A stretch of DNA of 64,000 nucleotides, taken from assembly GCF_009834535.1 (NCBI RefSeq), contig NC_045696.1, positions 67,396,001 through 67,460,000 of the forward strand, in the 5' to 3' direction. Each line of letters begins with the position of its first letter. The first letter of the stretch is position 1. Both the position numbers and the translations under genes were made by a program. Shown here in pieces: positions 12,681 to 24,926 of the stretch. The notes beneath the pieces are model-generated. The model made no database searches. It was given only the letters and a program-made list of their open reading frames with translations, and had not been told where the DNA came from. This DNA comes from Camelus ferus. Its lineage: Eukaryota.

Positions 12681-13239
12681 CACCTGTCCTTGTTACAATC
12701 AAGAAGAGAAGGCAAGGTGAGCCATGTATAAAATTCAACCACACAAAACCTGACAGTCTGTGAGATGGCGAAATATATATAACAAGGTGGCATTTATGTG
12801 TCAGTAAAACTGATGGTTCTTAGAGTAAATGTTTTGTGTGCTCACAAGGGTAAGAGTGCTGAGGCTCGCCCAGCACTGGGAAAATGTATGGAGGGGAAGG
12901 GATTGCACTGTTTTTAATTTTCCCAGAGGATTTTAAGGCATCTTAGGCTGTCACATCCAGAAAGACCTTTAAAAAAAAATCTTCTAGTCCAATTCCATTT
13001 TTTACCCTCACCCCCCAAAAATAGGAAATACGAGGACTAGTAAGAGAAAGGGGCTTGCTATTATTGTTCTTGTTGTTGCTTCATTGGCCATTCATTTATT
13101 ACCTACTAACTTCCCGGCTCTATTTGCATACATTATCAGCATTGCAAGTTAAATATTATTATCTTGTTTTCAGATTTGGAAAGCAAAACTCAAGAGTTTT
13201 TTTTTTTTTTTCCCTTGATTCTTTTGTACAAGCTGTGCT

Positions 13240-13540
13240 CTTATCCCAGGTGCCCTTCCTTTTCCTATTCAAATGAGGAGCACCTTCTTGTCCTCTAAGA
13301 CATCCCTGAAGACACCTTCCACAGAGACTTTTCTGCCCTTCACCCTGTGCTGGACTCTCCAGTCAAGCCCCAAGCAGCCCTGCCAAAGCACAGCACGGCT
13401 TTAGATTTAGAGGTCTTTGCTCACCCATCTTATCCATCCCCCCTCTACCAGACTGTGGGCTCCTTGAGGCCAGGTATTTGAATTTATTCATCTTTACATA
13501 CCCAATGCCCAGCTTAAAAGCCACACTAGAGCTGATGAAA
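13240..13540 (+). mobile_element. L2 3' region
   Basis: accagactgtgggctccttgaggccagg..ttattcatctttacatacccaatgcccagc. Confidence 0.6.
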
Positions 13541-14194
13541 GGAGTGAGAGAATAAAAAACAGAGGACACAGGCTTAGATTTGAGAAATGTCCAAAGTTAG
13601 GGAGCTGTGAAAGAATGGGAGAAGGTCAGGACGAAGATGCTTGAGAAGAACCAGAGTAATGCTGGGTCTCAGGAAACACTGAAGGAGAGAGTGTCCAAAG
13701 TATGCAATGCTGCAGAGATACAAGAGAATGGGACTGGAGTAAAGGTCAGACAATGGATAACCATGCCAGTTTTGCAACGTGCTGGTAATTCCTCAGAAGA
13801 AATGATCAGGGGTTTTAGATTTCTCGAGAGAAATACTTTTTCTGCAGGCACTCTGGGGGATTTATAAAGTTGAACAGTGGTGTAATAACACTCCCATGTC
13901 TGGTTTGCCTAAATGGCCTAGGTTGGAAGACCTTCGGGGCTTCTGGTTTCCACCTTCAGAGCAGGGACTGGTTGAAGCCCCTTAGCTCTCAGTGGGGAAA
14001 ACCCAGCTCAAATGACAGTGAAGGAAATTTCATAGGTCAAGGAAATGAGGATTCAAAACCAAAGTACAAAGCAGGCCCTTCTCCAGAACACTCTCCCTGG
14101 CCACTATCAGAGACCCAGTCCTAGGGTGGGTTAGCCTTGAGTCTCTTCCTAGGGAGATGAAAGAAGAACGTGCCAGAAAACCTAATTTCAATGC

Positions 14195-14370
14195 TCCTTC
14201 TTACCAGAGGTGTGACGGATGGGCAGGATACTCCCCTGCTCTGAACCTCAGTGTTTTTATCTGTGAAGTGGGTGGTATGATATTACCTGTCCCACAGGGA
14301 TAGTGTGGGAACCCAATCTGATACTGCCTTTAAAAATTATTTAAAAACTCTCAAGTGATATACCAATACT
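14195..14370 (+). mobile_element. MIR SINE
   Basis: ctctgaacctcagtgtttttatctgtgaagtggg..tattacctgtcccacaggg. Confidence 0.65.
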
Positions 14371-14639
14371 ATGAATTTCCAGCACAGTAGAACTGCTCTC
14401 ATTACCAGGAGAGATAATGGTAGAAAGAACCCCGAAGTCTGAACCCCCAGCCCAAACAACGCACTCATTCTCCAATTATTTTCTGACCTTTAGGATTTAT
14501 TCATCTCAGTATAAGCATCTGCTGAGATAGGGGCTTACTTTTTGATTCTTCTGTGACCTATTTATTGAACACCGATTAATGCTGAACACTGTCCTAGGCC
14601 CTAGAGATACGAAGGGGAGAATAACAATAGCGATGGCGA

Positions 14640-14880
14640 TAGTAATAATAACAAGTTCCCAGCATTCCTCATGCACTTCCTGTGTTTCAGGCTTCGTATT
14701 AAGCACTTGGCATGTACTCGCGCATTTAATCTTCTTACCACACTATGAAGTAGGCATATTTATTAACCTTGTATCACAGGGGAGGAAACTAAGACTTGAA
14801 GAAATTCAGTAATTTGCCCAGAGTCACAGCAGCAAGTGGCAAAGCCAGGGCTGGGATTAGGACTGGCCGGGGCTGCCTGT
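14640..14880 (-). mobile_element. MIR SINE, near full length
   Basis: catttaatctt..ctatgaagtagg..gaggaaactaagacttgaagaa..gtaatttgcccagagtcacagcagcaagtggcaaagccagg. Confidence 0.8.
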
Positions 14881-15224
14881 CCCTAAATCTGGCAGGTTTA
14901 CCACCATGCTGGTACTGCCAACGGGCAGGATCCTTCCTCCCACAGAACTTACAGACTAACCGAGGATGCAGACAGGTCTACGGGGAGTTACAGAAACTGC
15001 CTCTACGGAGAGCACTGGGAAGAGTAACCCCGCTCAAGAACGGGAACAGGTAAGTCTGCTCACCTGTGCCTGGGAGCCAGCATCTGATGCATAAGGTGGC
15101 ACCTGACTCTAACCATGTGCTTTAAGGACTGAATATTTTCCTCTGAAATGTTTACAGCCTTTTAGATCCTGATCATAACACTACGCTTCATGTTTCTGTA
15201 GGGTTTTGTGACCTGTTTGTAAGG

Positions 15225-15420
15225 TATTTTATACTCAGGATCTCATTTGATCCAACAGCAATGTGAGGATTAGTGGGGTTGGGAGGCTTATCACCATTTT
15301 ACATCTGAGGAAACTGAGGCCCAAAGAAGACAGCTGGTCCCGAGTCATCCACTTAGCAAGTGTAGTAAATAGCAGATCAGGGACTTCAGACTAGATCATC
15401 AGACTCGGGTCCAGGCTTCA
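15225..15420 (-). mobile_element. MIR SINE
   Basis: tctcatttgatcc..ccattttacatctgaggaaactgaggccca. Confidence 0.75.
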
Positions 15421-16689
15421 TTAATATCATCTAGCATCTTGGTCTAGAAGCTTTAACAAACTGAATTACCCTCTCTTGTCAAACCTGCAGATGGGTCGAG
15501 TAGGGTTTCGAAGTATGCTTTCCATAAACCTATATATTTTTTTAAGTAAAGCTACTTTGTATTTATAGAGTGTCTTTTGTTACTTCCAAATGCTTTCAGG
15601 CTCAGAGTGCAGAGAATTTTGTACTCAGGATTACTTAGCCATTGCCTTTGATCTCCTCTTGACCTTGTCTAAAGTGATCATCTAATGTGATTATCTTAGT
15701 CATTTTAAAACATTGCTGGTCACAGGACACATCACTGAGGGAGGCCTGGTGCGCACACAGCACGTCAGTGTCAGAAATGCACCACCGTCCTTACTCCCTG
15801 GGACCCGGAGAGCCCTCCAAGCAGACTCTTCCATGGGCCTGAGCTTGAGAACAGTGTTAGGAAATGAGACTGATCTCCAAGCATCAGGAGAAAGTCTTCA
15901 GAGACTTTGAACACATTTTCTACCTGCCGAGTGTAGCCAGTATAGTTTTAAGTATCATAATCTGCTTTTAATTTCCACCCTCCCTCTCTCTCTCTTTTCC
16001 TTCTTCACCAAAAGCCATCCAGCCTTCTTGCCAGGGGAAACTCCACACAGGCAGACACTTTATAGTGATTGTCTCTTGGTGAGGACAAAAATTATCACCA
16101 CTGGGTCCTGTGTGTCTCAGTAGTTATGAAGGCTAAGAAGGTGATGAGTGACTGAGTTCTATATAGAGGTTTGAAAAGTTTTAATTTACATTTAAGGCTC
16201 TTTGCCTTCTAAATCTTATCCAGGGTTGTTCATATAACCAAATATCCTTGAGTTTGACTTCTGTTGTTCCTGGGCACGTCAGAGAGTTTCTGGGAATAAC
16301 CAAACTGAACCACAGATTCCTCTTTTTGGAGGCCCGAGTTGAAATACATTGTTTTTCATCCAACTCAAAATTTGGGTACGTGATCTGAAAAGTATGAGTA
16401 TCTTTGCGGTGACAACAGAGCAGAAATCTGATGTACCTGTAAAACCCTGGGCACACGATGAGCGTCAGGAGAGGGTGTGGAAGGGAAGGGCCAGCCGGAC
16501 TGCAATGTGTATGCATATCTGGAAGACTCAAGGCTCCTGGGGCAAGCTACGGGACCCTGTAACTGTGTAAGAACTTCAGGTAGCGCTCCTTTTACCTCCA
16601 AAGCTGTCCTTCAAACCACAGCTCTGCTCTTGATGCTCAGCAGTGTAAAACTCATCCCTTTCCATCTAACTCCGGAGTGGTCCATGCTC

Positions 16690-16990
16690 TCTGCTGCAGA
16701 TGCGATTCCCTGCACCTGGAATGCCCCTCTCAGACTTCTCCCTGGAAAACCCCTACATCCTGATCTCTGGCAAGCTCAGATGTCATCCTCTCTGAGAGCT
16801 CTTCCCCGACCACCAGTGCTGTTACTTGTTCCTGCCTCTGTGCCCCCCTTAGCGTGCTGTGCACACCTCCAGGGTAGCTATAAAGGTTGCACTGCAGTTT
16901 TTTACAGGTTTCTGTCCTTGGCTACATGAGACTAGAATCATACCTTATATATGCTCAGCATCTTACACAATGGCTGGCCCATAGCAAGCA
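16690..16990 (+). mobile_element. L2 3' region
   Basis: ttccctgcacctggaatgccc, gctcagatgtcatcctctctgagag, cacaatggctggcccatagcaagcac. Confidence 0.65.
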
Positions 16991-17002
16991 CGTAAAGGTT
17001 TG

Positions 17003-17128
17003 ATGAAAGAAAGAAAAGGGGAAAAATGAAGAAAGAGAGGGAAAGAGGAAAGAAAAGAAAGGGAGGATGGAAGGGATGGAAAGGAAGAAGGAAGAAAGAT
17101 GGAGGAGGACACAGAAGAAGGAATGAAG
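17003..17128 (+). repeat. Purine-rich (GA) low-complexity tract
   Basis: About 125 bp almost entirely A/G, directly after the L2 tail. Confidence 0.85.
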
Positions 17129-18639
17129 TGGGCTCTGTTTTCCCAACCGATAACCCTACCATGGAATAGGAACCATCTCTCCTCCCTCTCCAAGTATGAA
17201 AAACCCACATTTATTTCACAGTCTCTCAATTAAGTTGCTCATTTGGATCTAATAAGACATATTATTGATTCTTGGTTTTCTATTGATTCCAAAGAGGCCC
17301 TTAGGAAGATTTGGTAAGTGTAGAAAAGATAAATAAATGTACAAATAATAAACTCTAGCTTACATAAGCAAACATTACTTAATTACATTCCTATTAATAC
17401 ACTGACTCTGTAATGAATTTTTGAGGCATTTAATTATCAATTTGACAAGATAATCTAGGGATAGTTAATGATTATACCAGTAAATTGTTTTTTAAAAAAT
17501 CACTGACAATTATTAAGTCTCGCAACAGACATCAAATTAACTTGCTGGAGCTGTCTGGTTATACAGACAGCAGTTAATTATGAGGTTCTTACACATGCCT
17601 TAAATTTTAATGTGCAAGCCTTTTTAATTGTGTAACGTCAAAAATGTTGTGTAAGGGAACAGTTTACCCTTGGGGAATATTCATATTCTGTGCCGTGTGA
17701 CCACTGGACGAGCCGGAGCACGATCGGTAATGCTTGGCCTGGTTTGTCCCACTTTTCGCCTGGGAACAGAAAGACAGAACTCCCTAAAAGAGACAAGTGA
17801 TCGTCCTTTGCAGCTGGGCCTGCGGGGCCACTCAGACTCTCCCAGAAGGAATTACGGGAAAGCATCAGATGACATTTTTAGGATGATGATGGTAATATGT
17901 GCCACCTCATGAGCACCAACTATGGGCAAGGTAGCTGCAGGGTGCTTTATATGGACTGTTTCTCTTGATGTTCAAAAGATAGAATATCCCTTCCATATGA
18001 GATTTCCTTCAGGATGCTTGGTGGAGGAGGAAGAATAAAAAGTCACACATACCAGGACACTGAGATGACTTAGCTCGACATGAAGGCTGTTGGCAACAAG
18101 GTCTGGAACCAGACAGACAGCAGTGGTCCCAGTGTTGAAGGCATAAACCCAGTCAAAGACTGTTTACTTTCCAGGGGTCCAGAGTGCCTGTTTTTCCAAC
18201 TCCTCTCCAATCCAGACTCTGTGTTTCCAGGAGACCCCTATCTCCCCACTGGCTGGGCCTGTTTTTATTTAATGAGCAATGAAGAGGTGAGACTTTACAA
18301 AGCCCCTTTATTCTGACCCTCACAGTTCCAGCTTTGACATCCTTTCTTGAGACTAATTTATTCAGTCTATGTTTTAAGATCATCAAGACCCAAGTGTCCT
18401 TGGGTCCTACTCCTCTCTGTTAACTCCCAGACCGCTTAGTGCAGTGACTGCTGGCACAAACTAAACATTTAAAAGAGTGTTTCTCGAGCTGAAAATGCAT
18501 TGAACTGAATAAGATTGGATCTTACGGGATGGGACTGCACTGGACTGGACTATATGAAATTAAACCTTGTGAGGAAGGAGGGCAGACCCTAGAACCTCCG
18601 GCTCTTCACTTTTAGGTCAAGGCATCTTCAGTGCTAGTA

Positions 18640-18900
18640 AAGCAGGCTGAGAACTATGCATGGACTCTGTGGTCAGACTACTAGGCCCTAAGTTCAAATC
18701 TCAGTGCTGCCACTTACCAGCTCTGTAACGTAGGTTCTTGATCCCCGTGTGCCTCCATGAGTAAAGCTAGGCCAATCGTAGGACATAATACAATATAGTA
18801 GTAGGACTTTACAGGACCGTATGGGCAGTCTCCTTAATTAATCAATTCTTGTAAAGTCCTAGGAATAAGGCCTGGCACATAAAATGCACTATATGAGTGT
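18640..18900 (+). mobile_element. MIR SINE
   Basis: gttcaaatctcagtgctgccacttaccagctctgt..gtaaagtcctaggaataaggcctggcacataa. Confidence 0.7.
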
Positions 18901-18944
18901 TTTTAAAATAAAAATAATTTTAAATAACAAAATCATCACTTTGA

Positions 18945-19135
18945 ATTGTATTCCCACTTTGCATCCTGTAAAGGCCTTTCACATACGGCAGCTCACATCA
19001 CATATGCCCGGGAAGGATTATCCCTGCTAATCCCCATTTTGCCAATAAGAAAACCAAAGCTCCTAAAAGCAAGAGCGGATGAAGAAGTCAAGCAGAACAC
19101 AAATAATCACAGGATTTGAGCCCAAGCATATTTTC
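18945..19135 (-). mobile_element. MIR SINE
   Basis: atccccattttgccaataagaaaaccaaagct..caggatttgagcccaagc. Confidence 0.6.
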
Positions 19136-19414
19136 AGCTCCGTAGGATACTGTCTTCTTACGATACCCCTGACAGCTTCCATACGTAGTCCTGACTGCAG
19201 TGTATGCTTCTGGCCGCCTGATGGGCAAGAGTTAAGTGAAGTCACAGTATCCTCAGTATTACTGGAATAGCCTTCTTCTTGCCCAGTACTCGGCAAAGCA
19301 AAGGACTGCAGCCTGGACTAAGATGAAGGGTGTGGATACGATAGAAATAGCCCCTGTAGGGGAGTCAGGAAACCTGAATTCTGGTCCTGGCTCAACCACT
19401 AACTTTTGTCATGT

Positions 19415-19595
19415 TAATAACTAACACTGGTTGAGGGTTTACTCCAGTCCGTGCCATGCGCTGTATTCATATCATTTGAACCTCCCAGCAAACAGTGGGC
19501 ATAGATACTTCTATTATTCCATTTTGCAGATGAGGAAACCAAGGTATAGAGTGGATAAGTAACTTGTTCAGGTCAAATGGTTAGTAAGTGCTATA
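19415..19595 (-). mobile_element. MIR SINE
   Basis: attattccattttgcagatgaggaaaccaagg..taagtaacttgttcaggtca..tagtaagtg. Confidence 0.8.
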
Positions 19596-19949
19596 ATTAA
19601 TGTTATTTGTAGAATGAGAGGATTGGAGCAGTATGAACTCAGAGGTACTTTCCAATCCAGTCCACTCGTAATTCAGGAAGCTCTTGCTTAATCCTCACTC
19701 CTCTGGGTGGTAGTTCTGTGGTCCTGAGCAACTCTATGTCAAACCTCAGACATTTCAAGGCCTCCCAGGACACCAAGGCTGAAAAACTGGTGAACTGTTG
19801 CATAACGTGGGATTTTCTAATTGTTGAAAGAATGAAACAAGTGAAAAATAGGCAAAAGATAAAAACTCCAACTCTTCCCCAACTTACCAATTTCATGTAT
19901 ACATTTATTACATTTATAATCATGAGGCTTTTTTCCATTTTGCATTTTT

Positions 19950-20260
19950 CTTTCTTCACTTAATTTACTATCATATTATTTTTTCAACAGTTAATGGCTA
20001 AAATTCCTTGTAATTATCATTTTCATGACTACATAAACAACCAGCAATAATTACCAAATGATATTTGGCCAATTCATTACAATAAAATGATTATCCCATT
20101 GCTAAATTATTTAAGCAGTTTTTGGTGTATTTATTATTATATATAATGCTGCAATGAACATCTTTGTGCTGTTCATTTTTCTTATCAGATACATTGTTTC
20201 TACAGCATGCATTCCCCAGAAGGCAAGGCTGAGGCAAAGGGCGTGTCCATGTTTGTGGCT
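19950..20260 (-). mobile_element. Ancient L1 (L1ME-like) fragment
   Basis: ttattatatataatgctgcaatgaacatctttgtgc is the typical antisense L1M motif. Confidence 0.55.
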
Positions 20261-21489
20261 CATACACTCCATAAAGGGAAACTATAATGTTGACAGTGGC
20301 CACAGATGGTCCTGCATTGTTGAAATCTAAAGACACTGAATAGTGAATCTGGCTAGAGATTTTGAGTGAATATGACTGGTTTGCTAAGGTGAACAAACAC
20401 TAATTTAATGCTGAATTCGTGGTACTTGACTCTAAAGCAAAGCTTGACTGTCAAGGGGAAAAAGGTCTGGAAGAAGTGTCTGCAAGAAACAGATTTACAA
20501 GAATAAAAAGAAATTTTATGGGAAGTTTAGAAAAATCAAATCCTCAAGAGAGGCTCTTGGACTTCACTTTGATGTTTTTATCTTAATATTAAAGAAACAC
20601 ACTGCCACCAGGGTCAGCTAATCAGAAAAGGTGGTTAAAGTTGGGGATCACCCAAATGCATATATTTTAATTTAAGACATTCATTTGCCAAGTAGGCCAA
20701 GTCCCTTTTTTTAAGCATGCATCTTCCAATTACGAGTTCCTTCTTATTTTTCTTGACTAAACCACTCCCATTACATATCCTCCATTATTTCCAGTTTCAA
20801 GAAGTGGTTTTGTTTTTATTTTATTTTCGTTGGTTTTATTTGTCTTAATAGAGGAAATCCTTAAAAACTTGCCGAATTCTTCTAGATTTTAATTTTTCGT
20901 CATCCTGTGCAGGTGCTTCACCCACAAACTGATTGTAGAGTATTTTTGAGCAACTCATCCCCTTTAAGCCTTTTCAAAGCAACTGATTAAATTTTCATTG
21001 AAACAATCTTTTATTTTCACACATACTTCATCTGTTTGCATAATATTTGAATTAAACAGTTACACTAACTAATGCAATTAGCACAAACAGGTTTGGGGGA
21101 AAAAAAATCAACTGACCCCTGGTAAGCATACAGCTCAGCTGTTGGGAGGAGACGGGCACCAGAACACCCAAGAGCAGCCTAACAGCCCTGAGTAGTGTGC
21201 TGCGGGCATCTGTCCGAATGCTTTACAAACGGACAGAGGGCTTCTGCAGCTAAGTTACAGCGTGACTTCTACTAATGAGCGTTCCTCAGCACAGAAGAGG
21301 AGGAGAGAAGGAGAATGGAATTCCTGTGCCCTGAATGCAGAAGCAGTGTGTATATCTGCTGTCTCTCGGTCAACAACGGGCTAAAGAGACACGAAGTCTA
21401 ACTCTGTGAAAAGAGTGAGAGCTTGCGTCCTTCACTTTCTCAGAAACCTCGTTCCTAGGTTACCTCAGTGATTGGGATGAATGCTGAGG

Positions 21490-21645
21490 TGGTGCTAGAC
21501 CCTTCTGATGAAACCTAAGGAGGTTTGCCTCCAAGGAAATGCACAGATGCATTAACACGTACATGCAGCTTCAGAGAGCTCGTTGATCTCCTCGTGAAGC
21601 CTGATTTTACAGGCTTCTGCTGACCCCAGAGTAGGGATTACTATT
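21490..21645. mobile_element. Possible degraded hAT-Charlie-type MER element
   Basis: aaatgcacagatgca..ttcagagagctcgttgatctcc..gaagcc..gaccccagagta resembles Charlie MITE ends; no intact terminal inverted repeats seen. Confidence 0.3.
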
Positions 21646-22284
21646 CTAAAAGGGAAGAGTGTTTTTTGTAATGGTAGTATTACCATCATTTCTGAGAAAC
21701 TCTCAGCCAAGATATAATGTATGCTTGAAAATCTTAAACATTTGCTCTGGACCAGCCCTTAGTAATCGCGAGGTTTCCTCTATTTTAATAAATTGAGACC
21801 CAAATTGGGCAGCACTTTGTCTGAGGTCATCTGCCCATGACACTGTGCTCAGAACAGAATAGATTATTTTTCTATACTCCACTAGCTTAAGAAAATAACT
21901 TCTTTTTAATGGCAAGTGAACAGGACCATAGTATATTTGAAGCCCAAATATCTGGCCAGAGTCCAGCTTCCAGATTCAATAAAGGCAAGAGACTCTGGAA
22001 GAAGTAGGAATTGGATCTTGAAACTACAGGACCTACTGTAAAAAGGTCCTGGGTTCCACTTCGAACTTTACTACAAAGTCACGGATGTTGGAAATCATTT
22101 CTATTCACTTGGTTTAATTATTCATTAGACAATTTGACAATTAGGAAATTTCTAAGGTTCATTTCCTATTCCAAAAATAAAGCCTGGGTTGTCTTCATTT
22201 TCTTGGCCTTCTTCCCTTTGGCATGACCCGGAAATGATGACCACTAGGGGTCAGACTTGCAAGAAGGAACCCAAGTCTGGGATT

Positions 22285-22318
<34 letters not shown>

Positions 22319-22802
22319 AATTGGGAGAAAATGCGAGATCTTCCAACCTGGTAAGTAATGTCACATTTAAACTCTTTCAATGGGAGACTATTATATTCGT
22401 AAAGATTTCTAAGAAACAGATTTCACAAGAAACCTCTCTTCCAAGAAAGTCTTCCTTATATTTAACCTAGATCCTGCAAATGTAATTTGAATCTATCTCT
22501 TATTGCGGTGTCTCAGCAGACACTGGTAATTATTGGCTGTTATCCTCAGGGAAAGATACGTGTTCTTCTAAGCGAGTGTCAGTTTATGCCCCAGTTTCCA
22601 TATCTGTAAAATGGGAGTCCAGGATTAGATTCACTTTTTCCATAAACAGCCCCTAAGTACTTGGCACTGTTCACAGGAAACGCAGACTTGGACCAGTCCT
22701 CAGGGAACTTTGATGATCTCCAAGAGCTTTGGTGTCAGCTCTAAAGTTTGATTATTAAATGAGATTACATGTCATTTTCTTAAGTAGGGCCTCATTTTGT
22801 GC

Positions 22803-23024
22803 TTTTTTTTTTTAAGTTTTTATTGATTTATAATCATTTTACAATGTTGTGTCAAATTCCAGTGTAGAGCACAATTTTTCAGTTCTACATGAACATATGT
22901 ATATTCATTGTCACATTTTTTTCTCTGTGAGCTACCATAAGATCTTGTATATATTTCCCTGTGCTATGCAGTATAATCTTGTTTATCTATTCTACAATTT
23001 TGAAATCCCAGTCTGTCCCTTCCC
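22803..23024 (-). mobile_element. Young lineage-specific L1 3' UTR, 5'-truncated
   Basis: Poly(T), then tttattgattta..ttacaatgttgtgtcaaattccagtgtagagcaca..ccctgtgctatgcagtataatcttgtttatctatt; no TSD visible. Confidence 0.88.
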
Positions 23025-23619
23025 AAAGAAGTCACAGTAAATATCCCTTACAGCCTCTGACAGACCTATGGCTGTAGGATCCCATGGCTCTGCTTGGTGG
23101 GCTGTTCTAATTCTAGCAGCCTTCTTCCTGATTTGTTTCTTTCAGCCATCTTAGTGATGCTTTATACCGTTTGTTCCCCTCAAAACCAGTCCATATTTTA
23201 TGCTTCGGATGCACCTTTTCTCTAAGTACTCTATTCATTTTCTGGGCTCTGTTCACCAGGGAGCACGGGGACAGCTCGGACACATGCCCCTCCGCTCAGG
23301 ACAGCACGAGACCCTCAGCTTCTTCCCATCCCACGAGGACCTTAGTTTAGTTGTTTTGCTTTATTTGTAAATACTTATATTTATTCTCTATATTTTTATA
23401 TCTCTGTATATGTGTCAAATTTTCAACCAATATAAAAGTGTCTGCATTCAAGAACAAAGTTCCCCATTTCCTCCTCTTGCTCCAACTGCGTATCTCAGAG
23501 GTAAAGGCAATACACATTTTGGTGATTATCCTTCCAGATTTTTTCTTTTTGTCCACATGCCCAAGGTTTTGGTTTTGACCCATCAATTCAGTATTCTCAA
23601 GGAGATACGCACACCCACT

Positions 23620-24265
23620 TACTACAGATAGCTTTTTAGTGGAAATGAACAAGCTGCCAAGACATCCAGCAACAAGAATGAGTGTCAAAAACATGGTACT
23701 GAGTGAAAGAAGACTTATACACACAAGTGCATACCATATTAATCCATTTATATGAAGTGCAAGAGCAGATCAAACTAATCTATGGGGACAAAAACCAGAA
23801 CAGAGTTCCCCCCTAGTTGGGGACGACAAGGATTGGCTGGGAGGAGACATGAGAGAAACTCACAGGGTGATGTTGATGTGCTATATGCCCTAACAGAGCA
23901 CGTCAGGATACAGATGTACTCAGCTGTCAAAATTCGATGCCTCTATAACTAGGGCTGTGTATTTCATTGTATATAAATGTTTATTAAAAGAAAAAAGTCA
24001 ACAAATATTGATCTCTAGCCAATGATACTCATGCCAAAGAATCTAAGAAGTGTACTGATGTCTGCAAATAGCTTTGAAATACAGTAAACTATTACAGCAA
24101 ATAACTTTTGAAACGTAGACTGAGAGATGGATAAATGCATGGATAAATGATAAAGCAAGTTTGGTAAAATGTTAACAGTAAACTCTAAGAAGTGGGTATA
24201 TGGGTGCTATAAAATTATTTCATCTATAGATTTAAAATTTTTCCACAATATAATGGAAAAAAATG
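23620..24265 (+). mobile_element. Ancient L1 3' UTR (L1MC/L1ME-like)
   Basis: tgagtgaaagaag..ccatttatatgaagt..aaactaatctatgg; gtgtactgatgtctgcaa..tttgaaat; aaaatgttaacagta..gtgggtatatgggtg. Confidence 0.8.
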
Positions 24266-24885
24266 AGTGCTTGAAAAAAATTTTAACACATAGAGACTAT
24301 TACTGATCATAACAATAAGTCATCACATTCTTTAAGCTCTCAAGAAAGAGCATGAGGACAAGAGGCCTAATGCTGGTCCCTAGATCCTCACAAATTAGTA
24401 GCTACATCATTCATATCGATTCCAGGAAGAAGGAAAAACCCGTAGGAAAAAATAGCTATGATATATTGGACACTCTTGCATACTAGAAGCTTCAAATGCA
24501 TTATGTTGCTAAATTTGTTCCCTTTGAAAAATAAGTATCAGTATTCCCATTTTAAAGAAAAGAAGACTAATAAGGCTTGAACTTAAGGCAGCTAACTCAA
24601 AATCAATGACCAGTGAGTGACTGGACCAGGATTAAAATTAGGTCTTATATAACCCCAAAGCCCATGTTCTGCTGACTAGAATACACTGTTCCTCAGCCAG
24701 TGTCCCTCCTGGCCTCTGTCTGCCCAGGGAGAACCACAGAACCAGCATCAGGGAACGCAGAGGATGAGGAGAGAGTGGGGTCCCTGAAGTTGTGATGGAG
24801 CAGGAGTTGCCTTGGTTACCTGGACCACTGTGATAATGGCTGAAGTTAGCTCCAGAAACCCTTGGCATCTTTCAGGGCAGGCTTC

Positions 24886-24926
24886 AGCCTGAAGTGACAA
24901 CCAAGTGAAGGTTGTCACTTCAGGCT
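24886..24926. repeat. Perfect 17-bp inverted repeat (hairpin) with a 7-nt loop
   Basis: agcctgaagtgacaacc - aagtgaa - ggttgtcacttcaggct. Confidence 0.95.

Noticed and set aside
20892..20916. Antisense resemblance to U6 snRNA (cctgcacaggatgac)
   Set aside because: Only about 15 nt with mismatches and no flanking U6 sequence; a chance match
23260..23278. REST/RE1-like agcac-gg-ggacagc
   Set aside because: The spacing is off by one and the left half lacks TCAGCACC
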